A stretch of DNA of 64,000 bases from Aquificaceae bacterium (GCA_037925075.1 JAXSNR010000001.1:640001-704000); one strand, 5' to 3'. Positions 19,701 through 29,321 are shown, counted from the first letter of the stretch. Numbers and translations are program-made. Notes: generated by a model from the sequence alone, not told the origin.

Positions 19701-20196
19701 TTATACCTTCGCAGGGGCTATAACAGAGCTAAAAGTGAAGAAGACTCAAAAGGGCAACTACGTTGCCCTGTTTAACCTTGTGGACAAAACAGGCATGGCA
19801 CAGGTCTTTGTCTTTCCAGAGACTTATTCACAGAACAGCGAGAAGATAAAGGAAGATATGGTAATCGTTGGTAAGTTTGATGTGGATATGGATCAAGAAA
19901 CAGAAGATGTAAAACTTTTACTAAGAGAAGTCTATACACCAGAAGAATTTTTAAGGAGTGAAGGAATGAAAATAAAGTTAGTTTTCCTTAAAGAGCTTAA
20001 AGAAGAAGCACTCTTGAAGTTAAGAGAGCTGATAAAAGAATGTGAAGATCCAGAAGGAAAAGAGCTTACCCTTGAACTTAGAATAAACGGATACACAACG
20101 CTACTTCATGCAGACCCAAGAATAAAGGTTGGAACGCATATATTAAAACTAAGGGACAAGTTTAGAGAAATGGGAATAAATTTAGAGGTTTCATAA
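16726..20196 (+). CDS. dnaE: DNA polymerase III alpha subunit
   Basis: PHP domain HLHLHTQYSLLDG, GPGRGSAAGS, MPDIDVDF, FNKSHS. Confidence 0.98.
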   Translation: MVMGDFVHLHLHTQYSLLDGAIKVKDLAKRAKELNYKAVAITDHGNLFGILDFYKSMKKVGIKPIIGMEAYFTTGSRHDRKGKGSEDNITDKYNHHLILIAKDDKGLKNLMKLSTLSYKEGFYYKPRIDYELLSQYHEGLIAITACLKGVPTYYASIGEEKKSEEWVKKFLDLFGEDLYLELQSNSLPEQEKANRTLVDIAKRFGVKLIATNDSHYLMPEDRLAHQVLMAIQMKKTLMEIQQGGGFKCANEGLHFASPEEVWEKFRGKFQGWEEALINTLEVAEKTADSFEILEGGSYLMPQFFTDGTSLGEFLKNLAIKGLRQRIAQGLVSDSKEYWDRLEYELDVVSRMGFEGYFLIVQDFINWAKSQDIPVGPGRGSAAGSLLAFALGITDVDPIRHGLLFERFLNPERVSMPDIDVDFCMENRDRVIEYVKAKYGSENVAQIITYNIMKAKQTLRDVARALGIPYQTADTLAKLIPQGDVQGTWLSLEEMFLTPIEELLEKYGRHRTDIEENATRFRRLCEENPEIKKLVEIALRLEGLTRHTSLHAAGVVIAPKPLEELLPLYYDKDGAIATQFDMAKLEELGLIKMDFLGLKTLTELQRMRELIKERHHIDINYLNLSLDDERVYKLLKEGNTTGVFQLESSGMKNLLRRLAPDSFDDIVAVLALYRPGPLKSGLVDSYINRKHGKEQVRYPFPELEHVLKETYGVWVYQEQIMKASQILAGFTPGEADTLRKAIGKKKADLMAQMKEKFIKGAVESGYDETKITQLWEDIEKFASYSFNKSHSVAYGYLSYWTAYVKAHYPEEFFCVKLSTEKNDKKFINLLKDAKNQGFRLLPPDINRSGMDFVIEATKTIRFGLARIKGVGEDTARLIVESRKRPWTSFGDFVRSMDNKKVNKKTLEALIKAGAFDNFGEKRCELLQRLEGGSALLGKGLFVTKEEKREEDYSKYEKEVLGFYVSSHPLDPYEKLLKGKVSELEVLEEVEEGTYTFAGAITELKVKKTQKGNYVALFNLVDKTGMAQVFVFPETYSQNSEKIKEDMVIVGKFDVDMDQETEDVKLLLREVYTPEEFLRSEGMKIKLVFLKELKEEALLKLRELIKECEDPEGKELTLELRINGYTTLLHADPRIKVGTHILKLRDKFREMGINLEVS

Positions 20197-20544
20197 AAGG
20201 GGGAATACGGGGAAGGTTTTTATATCTCCGCCAGAGTCTAAAATATGTATATGAGTGCTTACATATTCAAGAAGGTACGCTATATCTATACCTCTAAAGC
20301 AATTTCTACAAGGTTGAAGCTGTCCATAAACCATCTTTAAAACCCTTATACAGCTATCTCTTCTTCCGCAAAGGTAGTGATTGTAAGCTATGGCAAGCCT
20401 TATAAGCCCTTGGTAGCAGTTTCTTGAAAATTTGTCTTCCTTTGGAAAAAGCCTCCATATGTCTTCAAGCACCTCATGTGCTGAATAAAAATCTCCACTA
20501 TCCCAAAGCCTTTTTACTTCTTGCAGAAGCTCCTTCTCGCTCAA
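20191..20544 (-). CDS. DUF309 family protein
   Basis: FYSAHEVLEDIW...YQGLI motif. Confidence 0.8.
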   Translation of the reverse strand: MSEKELLQEVKRLWDSGDFYSAHEVLEDIWRLFPKEDKFSRNCYQGLIRLAIAYNHYLCGRRDSCIRVLKMVYGQLQPCRNCFRGIDIAYLLEYVSTHIHILDSGGDIKTFPVFPLL

Positions 20545-20831
20545 GTCTTCATTCCTATGGCAAAGCCCACCGCAAAACTGCCAGCGAAGGCAAGCTTCCT
20601 GATAAGACCTTGCACAAACTCCGTAAAGCCCTCAAACATACCCTTGAAAAACACAAAAAGCTGTCCCCAATGCACCTCTATTATTCCCTTGCTTGCAAGC
20701 CACATCAGAGACAAAATGTACAAACCAAGCAGGAGAAGGAAGAGGTTAAGCACCCTTTTTATCGCAAAGCCCACTACAAAGCCGGCAAAGCCAGCATATC
20801 CCATATCCAGTAGCATATCGCCCCAGTTCAT
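20541..20831 (-). CDS. FUN14 family membrane protein
   Basis: GFVVGFAIKRV...GIIEVHW...GSFAVGFAIG pattern. Confidence 0.75.
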   Translation of the reverse strand: MNWGDMLLDMGYAGFAGFVVGFAIKRVLNLFLLLLGLYILSLMWLASKGIIEVHWGQLFVFFKGMFEGFTEFVQGLIRKLAFAGSFAVGFAIGMKT

Positions 20832-21943
20832 TGATATCTAAACACGCTTGGGTTGAGGATATCTGGATAGCTTGTGGTCATTTCGTAGTCAAAGAGCTGT
20901 TTTCTTATCCTCTCAAGGTCTGACCTTGTGGGTTTGAAGGGATAGCTCTTTATATCACTTACTGAGCTGTCTCCAAAGGGCCTGTTGCAGGCGACCTCTG
21001 TGGTCTTACCCCTACATCCCGAGGTCATAAAGGGTCTTCCACTCCAGAAGAGCTCTTCAAAGGTGTCCTTGTCTATTCCAAAGTCCAACACCTGACCCTT
21101 TTCGTTAAACTTCATATCCTCGTAACGGGCGATTTGGTTGTCTATAAGGTATCTTGCAAACTGCACCCTTCTGTACTGAGGTGCTGGGCATGGCTTTTCC
21201 TTTTCCATCATGGAGCCTTCTTCTGGCCAGAAGGAGAAAAGATGCGTCCTTGCTCCAAGGTCTCTAACCTTTTGTATGGTTTCTATCATCTCCTGCTCTG
21301 TTTCACCAAGGCCTACCACAAGATGGCATCCCGCATATCCATCTCCCATCACATCGCACGCCCATTCAAGCACCTTCCAGAAGGTCTCCCATCGGTGAGG
21401 GCTGTTCATAGGCTTACCGCGTAGCCTTTCAAAAACCTCAGGCGTTCCACAGTCTATGGCGACCGTAACCGTATCCGCACCAAGCCTTTTGTAATCTTCC
21501 ATATCCTCATAGGTGGTGCCAGTGGCGTTTATCAGGAGAGATACAAAAAGCTGGTCTCCAAGCTCAGAGAGAACCCTTTTTAGCACGTACTTGGTGTCTC
21601 TAATTGCTCTTGGATGGGTTATCTGGGCTATGCAAAGCCTTTCCACATGCCCAACCTTTTTGGCTCTATCTATGATATCCTCCAACTTTACAGTAGGCCA
21701 TTCAACCCTTATAAAGTTCTTCTTTGAGTACTCCATCTCCCTTGCCTTCTGAAGTCCACAGTAGGCACAAGTCGCATGGCACCCAGATGGATACGTAAGA
21801 AGTGTATTTATACAGCTAAGCCTTGTATTCCTGTAAAACTGCCCCGGGACTATACCAAGAGTCATGGCGGCAGCCATGCTTATCTGAAGATATTCGGGGC
21901 TTTCCTTTTGCTCTGTTAGCCTTTCAAGAACCAGCCTATCCAT
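20828..21943 (-). CDS. Radical SAM protein, LipS2-like lipoyl synthase subunit
   Basis: CHATCAYC radical SAM motif; C-terminal TSGC...CNRP motif characteristic of LipS2. Confidence 0.7.
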   Translation of the reverse strand: MDRLVLERLTEQKESPEYLQISMAAAMTLGIVPGQFYRNTRLSCINTLLTYPSGCHATCAYCGLQKAREMEYSKKNFIRVEWPTVKLEDIIDRAKKVGHVERLCIAQITHPRAIRDTKYVLKRVLSELGDQLFVSLLINATGTTYEDMEDYKRLGADTVTVAIDCGTPEVFERLRGKPMNSPHRWETFWKVLEWACDVMGDGYAGCHLVVGLGETEQEMIETIQKVRDLGARTHLFSFWPEEGSMMEKEKPCPAPQYRRVQFARYLIDNQIARYEDMKFNEKGQVLDFGIDKDTFEELFWSGRPFMTSGCRGKTTEVACNRPFGDSSVSDIKSYPFKPTRSDLERIRKQLFDYEMTTSYPDILNPSVFRYQ

Positions 21944-22017
21944 CCTTACACCTCCAGAAAGTTATTATAAGCCTTCACAAAGCCACACCTTTAAAATCTT
22001 CTTATAACTTTATAAGC

Positions 22018-22440
22018 TTATCTTTTGCCTTTCTTTTCCAGCACAATCTTTGAGACTTTGGCTGCCTTTTGAGGGTCCATAGCCTCCAATATGGCAGCGG
22101 CCTGCCTTTCTTTTAGATTTAACAAAACCTCAGCGGCGAGGCTTGGTTCAAGGTTATTCATTATTGCACCTGCCTCATCGGGAGATGCCTTGTTAAATAT
22201 ATCCACAAGTTTTTTAACCTCAGGTCTTTGCTCCTCCTTTTGCGTGGGTACTTTCTTGAGTTCTTCAAGTTTTTTACGCTCTTCTTCTATTCTTCTTAGC
22301 TTTTCTTCAAGGTCTCTTGAAATGGAGCTAATTTCCTCTTTTGCCTTTTTTTCCTTTTCTTCTTTGAGCTTTTTCTGGATTGCGGACTGAGAAAGGGCAA
22401 AACTGGAAACCAACAACAGGAAAATAATGCCTCTAAGCAT
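22018..22440 (-). CDS. MotE/MgtE-N-like flagellar accessory protein
   Basis: Signal peptide, coiled coil and KLVDIFNKASPDEAGAIM...AAAILEAMDPQKAA. Confidence 0.7.
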   Translation of the reverse strand: MLRGIIFLLLVSSFALSQSAIQKKLKEEKEKKAKEEISSISRDLEEKLRRIEEERKKLEELKKVPTQKEEQRPEVKKLVDIFNKASPDEAGAIMNNLEPSLAAEVLLNLKERQAAAILEAMDPQKAAKVSKIVLEKKGKR

Positions 22441-22840
22441 TTCTATACCTTTGCCTTATAAGGTACATAAATCCCAGATTTTGTGATTCAAGATTTAGAT
22501 TTTTGGCCATGTTTTCCTTTTCTTTGTTTAAACTTATTATGTCAAGAGCTTTGATGTCCCTGTAAGCCTGTTTGAGCTTTTCCTTCTTTTCTTCCTTCAA
22601 AAGCTTCAGTTTGCGAAGTTCTTCTGTAAGTTCCCTCTTCCTTGCCATAAGGGCCCTGTACTGGAAAAGGAGTCCTTCGGAAAAGGACTCTTTTATCTCT
22701 TCATTTATGCTATCCGCGTTATTTTCTAAAAGCCTTATCTCCTTCTTTATTATCTCAATCCGCATGTTTATCTCCTTCAATTCCCTTGCCCTCGCTTCCT
22801 TTATACCATCCTTAATCTTTATTATCCTTTTAATAGACAT
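22433..22840 (-). CDS. Flagellar FliJ-like coiled-coil protein
   Basis: Start at MSIKRIIK; length, coiled coil, AYRDIKALD motif and position next to the MotE-like gene fit FliJ. Confidence 0.55.
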   Translation of the reverse strand: MSIKRIIKIKDGIKEARARELKEINMRIEIIKKEIRLLENNADSINEEIKESFSEGLLFQYRALMARKRELTEELRKLKLLKEEKKEKLKQAYRDIKALDIISLNKEKENMAKNLNLESQNLGFMYLIRQRYRNA

Positions 22841-22899
22841 AAGAAAATTATAAACCCTGTATTCAAAAGGTGTAAGTGTCTTGCTATAATGAAAAAGAG

Positions 22900-24426
22900 A
22901 TGTTTTGTCGTGTAAAAAGCGGTGGCATATTGGGGATAGAGGGATTTGAGGTGGATGTGGAGGTAGATATTGCCAACGGTTTACCACAGTTCTCCATAGT
23001 AGGACTTGGAGATAAGGCCATCAACGAAGCCAAAGACAGGGTAAGGTCTGCCCTCAAAAACTCCGGCTTCCAGCTACCACTAAAAAGAATAACCGTAAAC
23101 CTTTCTCCCTCACATCTAAAAAAGCAGGGAACCCACTATGACCTACCTATAGCCTTGGGCATTCTCAAGCTTTCCACAGGTATAGATTTCCCAGAAGATT
23201 GGGTGGTTCTCGGTGAGCTGTCCTTAGATGGTAAGATAAACGCGGTCAAGGGTGTCCTTCCTGTGGTCTTGTCTCTTAGAAATCTTGGTTATAGACGTTT
23301 TGTGGTTCCAGATGGCAACGCAAGAGAAGCCAGCCTTGTGGATGGTGTGGAGGTCTACGCCTTTGAAAGTTTGAGAGATGTGGTAGACTTTTTGTCTGGA
23401 AACCTTTCCAAAAATCCCATAGAGGGCAAAGTAAAGGATATATTTAATCAAGAAAACTCCTTTGATATGGATTTTAGTGAGGTCTACGGCCAACATCAGG
23501 CAAAAAGAGCCATGGAAATATCTGCAGCGGGGTTTCATCATGCTTTGCTGGTAGGACCACCCGGAGCTGGTAAAAGCATGCTTGCCAAGAGACTCATCAC
23601 CATATTGCCACCCTTGACCTTTGAAGAGGCTGTGGAGATAACGCGCATATACAGCGTGGCAGGTCTTTTGAGTAGTGAAAATCCTCTCATAACAAAAAGG
23701 CCCTTTAGAAACCCTCTTACAAATGCCTCGGACTCTGCCCTAGTAGGTGGTGGCTCGGTACCTCAGCCGGGTGAGGTCTCTCTTGCCCATAGGGGGATCT
23801 TGTTTCTTGATGAGTTTCCAGAGTTTAGCAGAAAGGCCATAGAAGCCCTTAGACAACCTTTGGAGGACGGAAGGGTCACCGTATCAAGAGTAGGTGGTAG
23901 GATAACTTTTCCTGCGGAGTTTCTCCTCGTGGTGGCTATGAACCCATGTACATGCGGTAACTACGGAAATCCCTACAAAGCCTGCGTATGCACACCCATG
24001 CAGTTAAAAGCCTATCAGTCAAAAATATCCGGTCCAATAATGGACAGGATAGACATCAAGGTATGGGTATATCCAGTAGATAAAGAAGATTTACTAAAGA
24101 TTTCCTCAGGAGAAAGCTCAGCCCAAATCAGGGAAAGGGTTATAAGGGCAGTTCAAATCCAGAGAGAAAGGTTTAAAAACAGCCAGACAAAGTACAACTC
24201 CCGCATGACCAACGAGGAAGTGAAAAAACACTGCCCCATGACTCAAGAAGCCCATTCCTTGCTAAAAGGTGCCATAGAGAGGCTAAAGCTTACCGGCAGG
24301 GGTTATATAAAAACTCTAAAGGTGGCAAGAACCATAGCAGACCTTGAAGGAGAAGAAAAGATATCAAGCCACCACATAGCAGAAGCCCTTCAGTTTAGAA
24401 TAGACGAGAAGAAACCTACACTATGA
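22900..24426 (+). CDS. comM: YifB/ComM family Mg-chelatase-like AAA+ ATPase
   Basis: GLPQFSIVGL, ITVNLSP, GPPGAGKSM, PGEVSLAHRGILFLDE, NPCTCG. Confidence 0.92.
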   Translation: MFCRVKSGGILGIEGFEVDVEVDIANGLPQFSIVGLGDKAINEAKDRVRSALKNSGFQLPLKRITVNLSPSHLKKQGTHYDLPIALGILKLSTGIDFPEDWVVLGELSLDGKINAVKGVLPVVLSLRNLGYRRFVVPDGNAREASLVDGVEVYAFESLRDVVDFLSGNLSKNPIEGKVKDIFNQENSFDMDFSEVYGQHQAKRAMEISAAGFHHALLVGPPGAGKSMLAKRLITILPPLTFEEAVEITRIYSVAGLLSSENPLITKRPFRNPLTNASDSALVGGGSVPQPGEVSLAHRGILFLDEFPEFSRKAIEALRQPLEDGRVTVSRVGGRITFPAEFLLVVAMNPCTCGNYGNPYKACVCTPMQLKAYQSKISGPIMDRIDIKVWVYPVDKEDLLKISSGESSAQIRERVIRAVQIQRERFKNSQTKYNSRMTNEEVKKHCPMTQEAHSLLKGAIERLKLTGRGYIKTLKVARTIADLEGEEKISSHHIAEALQFRIDEKKPTL

Positions 24427-25006
24427 TTTAAATTCTACACCCTATTTCTAAGTAGGGTGTTTTTGACGACTTTTTAAAGGCGAATTCCACAGGGAATTAC
24501 ATATCCATTGACAAAACCTCATATATGACAAATATCATATTTGTAAGTAGTGTTTTTTACGTGATTTTTCAAACAGCGAATTTCACAGTTTTTCAGTTTT
24601 ACAAGGGGATTACATACCCTGTGAAATTCTTTTAGCACTATTTCTAAATAGCGCTTTTTCCGTTATTTTTTGACAAGGTGAAAAATCAAAAAATCATGGA
24701 AAAATCCATACTTAGAATACAGAGGTGTGAAATTGTGTAATTCACCTGAAGTAATTGATTATCAAGGATTTGTGTATTGAATAAAATAAAGGAATATAAA
24801 GCTTTTCAAAAAGGGGGTGAAATTACACTTTCCGCAAATGCCTGATTTTCAAAGATTTAGTAAAAAGGGTGTGAAATTCGTGGGGCTCCATTATTATCAC
24901 TGTATAGAAAAAAAATAAAGAGTAAAAATAATAAAGAGGGATTTCCACATGTGAAAAACAATCTAAGAGCCCTATGCCAAAAACAGATGCCCTGAAAACT
25001 TAAGCC
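24427..25006. other. Candidate replication origin (oriC)
   Basis: About 580-bp AT-rich non-coding gap with repeated (T/G)GTG(A/G)AAWW DnaA-box-like 9-mers in both orientations, an IHF consensus site and a DnaA-trio-like tract. Confidence 0.55.
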
Positions 25007-26014
25007 TTATGTCAAACTCTCTGTGTGAAAAAGCCTTTCGTATCCTAAGTCTCCAAGCAGTTGGTAATCCTTTTTTATGTCCCTTCCAGCTCTTGTGAGA
25101 TAACCACCCACCATCATGGCGTTGGTCATAAGCACAGCCATACCGTGAAAATCTCTTAAATTCTGTTCTCTCCCCCCACAAAGCCTAAGCTCCGCCTTTG
25201 GGTTTGTAAACCTAAACATGGCTATTATTTTCAAAGCTTCCAAGGGTTTTACACCTGGAGCCTTTTCCAGAGGAGTACCCTCTATGGGCATAAGGAAGTT
25301 AAGAGGTATGGAATCCACTTCCAGCTTTCTGTATGTTAGTGCAAGGTCTACCCTATCTTCATCAGATTCTCCCATACCAAAAATACCACCACAGCACGTG
25401 GAAAGCCCAACAGACTTTATCCTCTTTATAGTTTCATACCTTTCTTTCCATGTATGTGTGCTTACTATCTTAGGAAAGAAGTTTTCTGAGGTCTCAAGGT
25501 TATGGTTTATCCTTTTAACGCCCGCTTCCTTTAACTTTTTTAAAGATTCCTCATCAATGGTTCCGGCGGAAACGCATACATTTATGGGAAGCTCTTCCCT
25601 TTTTATTTCTTCCACACCTTCGCATATCCTTTCTATTTCCTCCTGTGTGGCGGATTTACCACTAAGAACAATGCAGTACCTATTTGCACCGAATTCCACA
25701 CCTCTGTATGCACCTTCCAGCATCTCCTCCTTAGGTACAAGGTTGTATATGTTTATGGGAGTTTTGTAAAACTTTGACTGGGCACAGAATTTGCAATCTT
25801 CGGAACAGGCACCGCTTTTGGCGTTTATGATGGAGCAAAACTCTATCTTATCCGGTGGATGAAAGTGGTTTTTTACCTTCTGTGCTAAATAAACCATTAA
25901 TGCTATGTATTCATCGGGTATATGCAACAATCTCAAAGCGGTGTCTCTATCTATAGGCTCGTAGGCTATAGCCTTTTCGGTTATCTCAAAAAGAAAGCTC
26001 TCTATTCTATCCAT
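25007..26014 (-). CDS. bioB: Biotin synthase
   Basis: NAKSGACSEDCKFCAQS, INHNLET, CCGGIFGMGE. Confidence 0.95.
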   Translation of the reverse strand: MDRIESFLFEITEKAIAYEPIDRDTALRLLHIPDEYIALMVYLAQKVKNHFHPPDKIEFCSIINAKSGACSEDCKFCAQSKFYKTPINIYNLVPKEEMLEGAYRGVEFGANRYCIVLSGKSATQEEIERICEGVEEIKREELPINVCVSAGTIDEESLKKLKEAGVKRINHNLETSENFFPKIVSTHTWKERYETIKRIKSVGLSTCCGGIFGMGESDEDRVDLALTYRKLEVDSIPLNFLMPIEGTPLEKAPGVKPLEALKIIAMFRFTNPKAELRLCGGREQNLRDFHGMAVLMTNAMMVGGYLTRAGRDIKKDYQLLGDLGYERLFHTESLT

Positions 26015-26043
26015 GTAAGCCTCCTATGGTAATTTTTAAGCTA

Positions 26044-26292
26044 TTAAATATATATCTCTTGTGTGAGTTCGCCTTGATAATTTAATCTGTCAAGGATAGC
26101 CTTGCCTCTCATGGATGTTATAAGGATCTCAAAAACCTTTTTGAAGGAGTACACCTTTATGAAGTCATCTGTAATTTCAATCTTCTCGGGAGGCTTACCT
26201 TCTTCCAGAATTATTATATTCTTGTATGATAGCTCTTCCTTCTCGTAGACTCTCGTGGGTTTTAAACTATTTTCCTTATTCCTATATGGCAT
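26044..26292 (-). CDS. Hypothetical protein
   Basis: 82-aa ORF upstream of bioB; start uncertain. Confidence 0.5.
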   Translation of the reverse strand: MPYRNKENSLKPTRVYEKEELSYKNIIILEEGKPPEKIEITDDFIKVYSFKKVFEILITSMRGKAILDRLNYQGELTQEIYI

Positions 26293-26297
26293 GACAG

Positions 26298-26663
26298 GTG
26301 CTTGTGATGAGGGTCAGGTTTAGAGTTTGGGTTTATAGCAAAGAGGGAAAAAGGCTTAGCAAGGATGACCTTATAAATTTCCGCGAGCCTTTGTATGTGG
26401 GTATGAGGTATGTGGTGGAGTTTAAGTACCTTGAGGCGACCAAGTGGCTTATGCTTTCAGAGGATTGTATGGAAAAGTACCTGCTTTTGGCACTTCTTAA
26501 TCTTTCTCTTGGTCAGGAATCTCAAGCCTTTGAGTTTTTGCAAGAAGCTAAGAAACATAAAAAAATCACGGATTATCTTTTTGCTGTAGAAAAGCCGGAG
26601 GAGGGTATAAGGGTGTTTATTGAAAAGCCAGAAGCCTCCTTGCCTGATTTTCTATTATCCTAG
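26298..26663 (+). CDS. Hypothetical protein
   Basis: 121-aa ORF with native-looking codon use. Confidence 0.55.
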   Translation: MLVMRVRFRVWVYSKEGKRLSKDDLINFREPLYVGMRYVVEFKYLEATKWLMLSEDCMEKYLLLALLNLSLGQESQAFEFLQEAKKHKKITDYLFAVEKPEEGIRVFIEKPEASLPDFLLS

Positions 26664-28461
26664 TAAAGGCTTTGGGAAGATCGCTTAGATTTTTTATCCT
26701 TATGGCACTTCCCTCAAAGTAATACTCGCTGTAATTTCTCTCTATGCCAACACCGATGCCTATTATGGGTATTCTTGCCTTTATTTGCCTTATGAGGTTT
26801 TTTAGCTCCTGACCCCTTAGCCCCCTTGTAGGCTCTCCATCGGAAAAAACCACTATACAACCCTTTATACCCCTTTTTAGGCAAAAGCTCTGCACATCTT
26901 CGTAGGAGTACAAAAGGGCTTTTTCAAGGTTTGTGCCTCCACCAAGCATGTGAAAAAGCTCAACTATCTTCCACTTCACACTTCTATAATCTTCTGAAAA
27001 CTCCTTTAGTCTAAAAACTCTATCTGAAAACACATCTATAGAGAAGGGCATCCTCAGGCTTTCTATGACTTCAGAAAAGAGTATAAGGGCTTTTATGGCA
27101 TTTCCCATCTTGTCCTCTCTTTTCATAGAAGAGGATATATCTATAAGAAGCTTAAAGGAAAGCTCCTTTCTAATCGGTTGCTGTCTTCTCATGTATATTC
27201 TTCCTCTGCCAAGAGGTGCTTCCACGCTTAGGCTTTTGTTGTCAATCCTTCTACCAAAGAAGTGTTTTCCACTCCAGTTTTCTTCTTCTTGTGGCATTAG
27301 CTTGACCAACTTTCTTTTTAGGGCTTCCACGTGCGGAAGAATTTCTGAAAGCCTTCTTCTGTATGCCATGAAGTCCTCTTTGCCAAGTCCGTAAGCCTTT
27401 TCGTAAAGTTTGTCCTCTTGTGTTTTTTCCCTTGTACTCTTTCCAAAGCCAGATTCACTAGAAGAGGTGGATTGCTCTTGCCAGCCTTTTAGGATAAAGC
27501 TTAAAAATCCTCTGTGTTCTATATCCACCTCAAGGGTTTTGGGTAAAAAGTGCCTTATAAACCCCACGTCCCTTTCTATCATATCTATGTAAGACATCTG
27601 CCTTAGGTAATCCTTCATCCAGTCTGGAACAGCTCTTAGGCTTTTGAGTATTTCCCTTCTTTCTACCTCTGGTATATCCACCGCACTTTTTTCTTTGTTT
27701 TGTCTTATGAGTTCTTGAAGATGTTCCGGTAGTTTTTTTAAAAGGTCTGTCATAATCCTTCCCTTGTGGGCATCTTTTCTTACCTTTCCCCTTGCCTCTT
27801 CCAAAAGTAGGTCAATAAAGTTTATTTCTTGTGCCTTTTCTATCTGTGCCATGTATTTGCCAAATAAGTCTTCCATAATCAGATCGTAGGCGTCTTTGCA
27901 CTTTGAAGTTAAATATTCTTGAAGAAACCTTTGGGCTTCCTTTTGATATTGTCCTTCTCCCAGCCAGTTTTCCAAAAAGGACAGGGCAAAAAGGTGGTGG
28001 GGATAGTAGGTTTTCAGGTCCTTTAGAATTGCCTTGTACCGCTTCTTTATGGCGTTTTGACTATTTGGATGCTTTTTTATGAGACCTTCATCTGTTTTTA
28101 TGGACTCCAAAACAGAATAAAGCACCAAAAAGGATGTGGGAGTAAAACCAAACTTATAAAACTCCCTCTGCCCAAGCCTCCACAGATAAAGGTCCGTGCT
28201 AAAAAGGTATTCTATCTCATGCCTTATGGTGTCTATGGCTTCCTCTTCTGGTTTTCCAGACAGCTCCTGAAGGTAAAAAACAACTCCATAGGGTCTTTTT
28301 ACCGGTTCTGGCACCTCTTCCATCTCCCCCTTTGCCCACATTTCTGTAAGGGGTAGAAACTTTGGGTCATAGCCTGCTCCCCATCCCTCGTAGCTTGCTT
28401 GAACCTCTATGTGGTATTCTTCAGAAAGAAGCCTTTCTATTATCTTCCAACGCTCTTTCAC
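26617..28461 (-). CDS. VWA (MIDAS) domain protein, NorD/CbbO/CobT-like
   Basis: C-terminal LLIDISSSM, GGGT and FSDGEP MIDAS motifs. Confidence 0.8.
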   Translation of the reverse strand: MKERWKIIERLLSEEYHIEVQASYEGWGAGYDPKFLPLTEMWAKGEMEEVPEPVKRPYGVVFYLQELSGKPEEEAIDTIRHEIEYLFSTDLYLWRLGQREFYKFGFTPTSFLVLYSVLESIKTDEGLIKKHPNSQNAIKKRYKAILKDLKTYYPHHLFALSFLENWLGEGQYQKEAQRFLQEYLTSKCKDAYDLIMEDLFGKYMAQIEKAQEINFIDLLLEEARGKVRKDAHKGRIMTDLLKKLPEHLQELIRQNKEKSAVDIPEVERREILKSLRAVPDWMKDYLRQMSYIDMIERDVGFIRHFLPKTLEVDIEHRGFLSFILKGWQEQSTSSSESGFGKSTREKTQEDKLYEKAYGLGKEDFMAYRRRLSEILPHVEALKRKLVKLMPQEEENWSGKHFFGRRIDNKSLSVEAPLGRGRIYMRRQQPIRKELSFKLLIDISSSMKREDKMGNAIKALILFSEVIESLRMPFSIDVFSDRVFRLKEFSEDYRSVKWKIVELFHMLGGGTNLEKALLYSYEDVQSFCLKRGIKGCIVVFSDGEPTRGLRGQELKNLIRQIKARIPIIGIGVGIERNYSEYYFEGSAIRIKNLSDLPKAFTRIIENQARRLLAFQ

Positions 28462-29306
28462 TTTTCTCCTATCACCATTATGGCTCCCGGTCTTTTTATG
28501 CGCGGAGCGACTATTTCCATCACTCTAAAGTTATGCACCATGTTGGTAGATTCCACATAAGCAAGACTAAAGTCAAGCCCTATCACAAGGTCCATGTTTT
28601 GAGGTCCTGCGGAAATAAGAAGAGCCTTCTTTTCAGGCATTATAGGTGTGTGATATACCTCTGAGACAAGCTTTTTAATCTGCTCCATCTCAAGCAGTCC
28701 CGTGTTGTGATAGACCCTGTTAAGTTTAAAATAGTCCTTAGGATTTAGAATAAGGTAGTAGGGTCCATAAAAGCCCATCTCCGAAAGCTTTGATATTCCA
28801 AGTGATACATCGTTAAAGGCATTGCCAAGCACATCCCAGTCGCTCATGGACATGCTTTGCCTTCCCTCTACCGTCAAAAGACCTTCAATCTCCAGCTTCT
28901 GATTTCCGTGAATTATCAAGGTATCTTCCGCAACCGCGGTTGCAAAGGTGGCAGCTGATGCCTGAGAGATATCAATAGGTAGGTTAAACTGTCTGAAGTA
29001 TTCAAGGTCCCTCCATGTTATGGAAAAGGGTTTGTAGATGGTGGGAAGAGTTATATGTCTTCTTTTTCCTGTCCTTACTGGCTCGCAAGCTTCGCTTTCC
29101 TCACCTGGTCTTACTTCACAAACTCCAGGCTCCACGCCCAGATAAACATCGTAGGATATTACTTGATGTCCCACGCCTATGGGACCTACGACCGGCATAA
29201 ATCTCCTACATATTAAAGTTTTTTGGGCTACATCTATAATTGCCTTTTCAAGCTGTTCCCATTCTTCAAATGTTAGTGGTGATTGGTCTTTGCCTAAAAA
29301 GTCCAT
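28458..29306 (-). CDS. Family 1 encapsulin shell protein (Linocin M18-like)
   Basis: MDFLGKDQSPLT..EW, RRFMPVVGPIG, F.ITWRDLE, AVAEDTLIIHG, GFYGPYYL. Confidence 0.9.
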   Translation of the reverse strand: MDFLGKDQSPLTFEEWEQLEKAIIDVAQKTLICRRFMPVVGPIGVGHQVISYDVYLGVEPGVCEVRPGEESEACEPVRTGKRRHITLPTIYKPFSITWRDLEYFRQFNLPIDISQASAATFATAVAEDTLIIHGNQKLEIEGLLTVEGRQSMSMSDWDVLGNAFNDVSLGISKLSEMGFYGPYYLILNPKDYFKLNRVYHNTGLLEMEQIKKLVSEVYHTPIMPEKKALLISAGPQNMDLVIGLDFSLAYVESTNMVHNFRVMEIVAPRIKRPGAIMVIGEK

Positions 29307-29321
29307 CCTTCACCTCCTACT

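Noticed and set aside
16726..20196. Intein in DnaE
   Set aside because: Normal length and no intein splice motifs seen.
24942..24957. parS site (TTTCCACATGTGAAAA)
   Set aside because: It has two extra central bases compared with TGTTTCACGTGAAACA and is better explained as two abutting DnaA-box-like motifs.
24427..25006. CRISPR array
   Set aside because: The repeats are only about 9-10 bp, irregularly spaced and in both orientations; no cas genes are nearby.
28458..29306. Phage major capsid gene
   Set aside because: Sequence motifs are encapsulin-type and no phage genes surround it.
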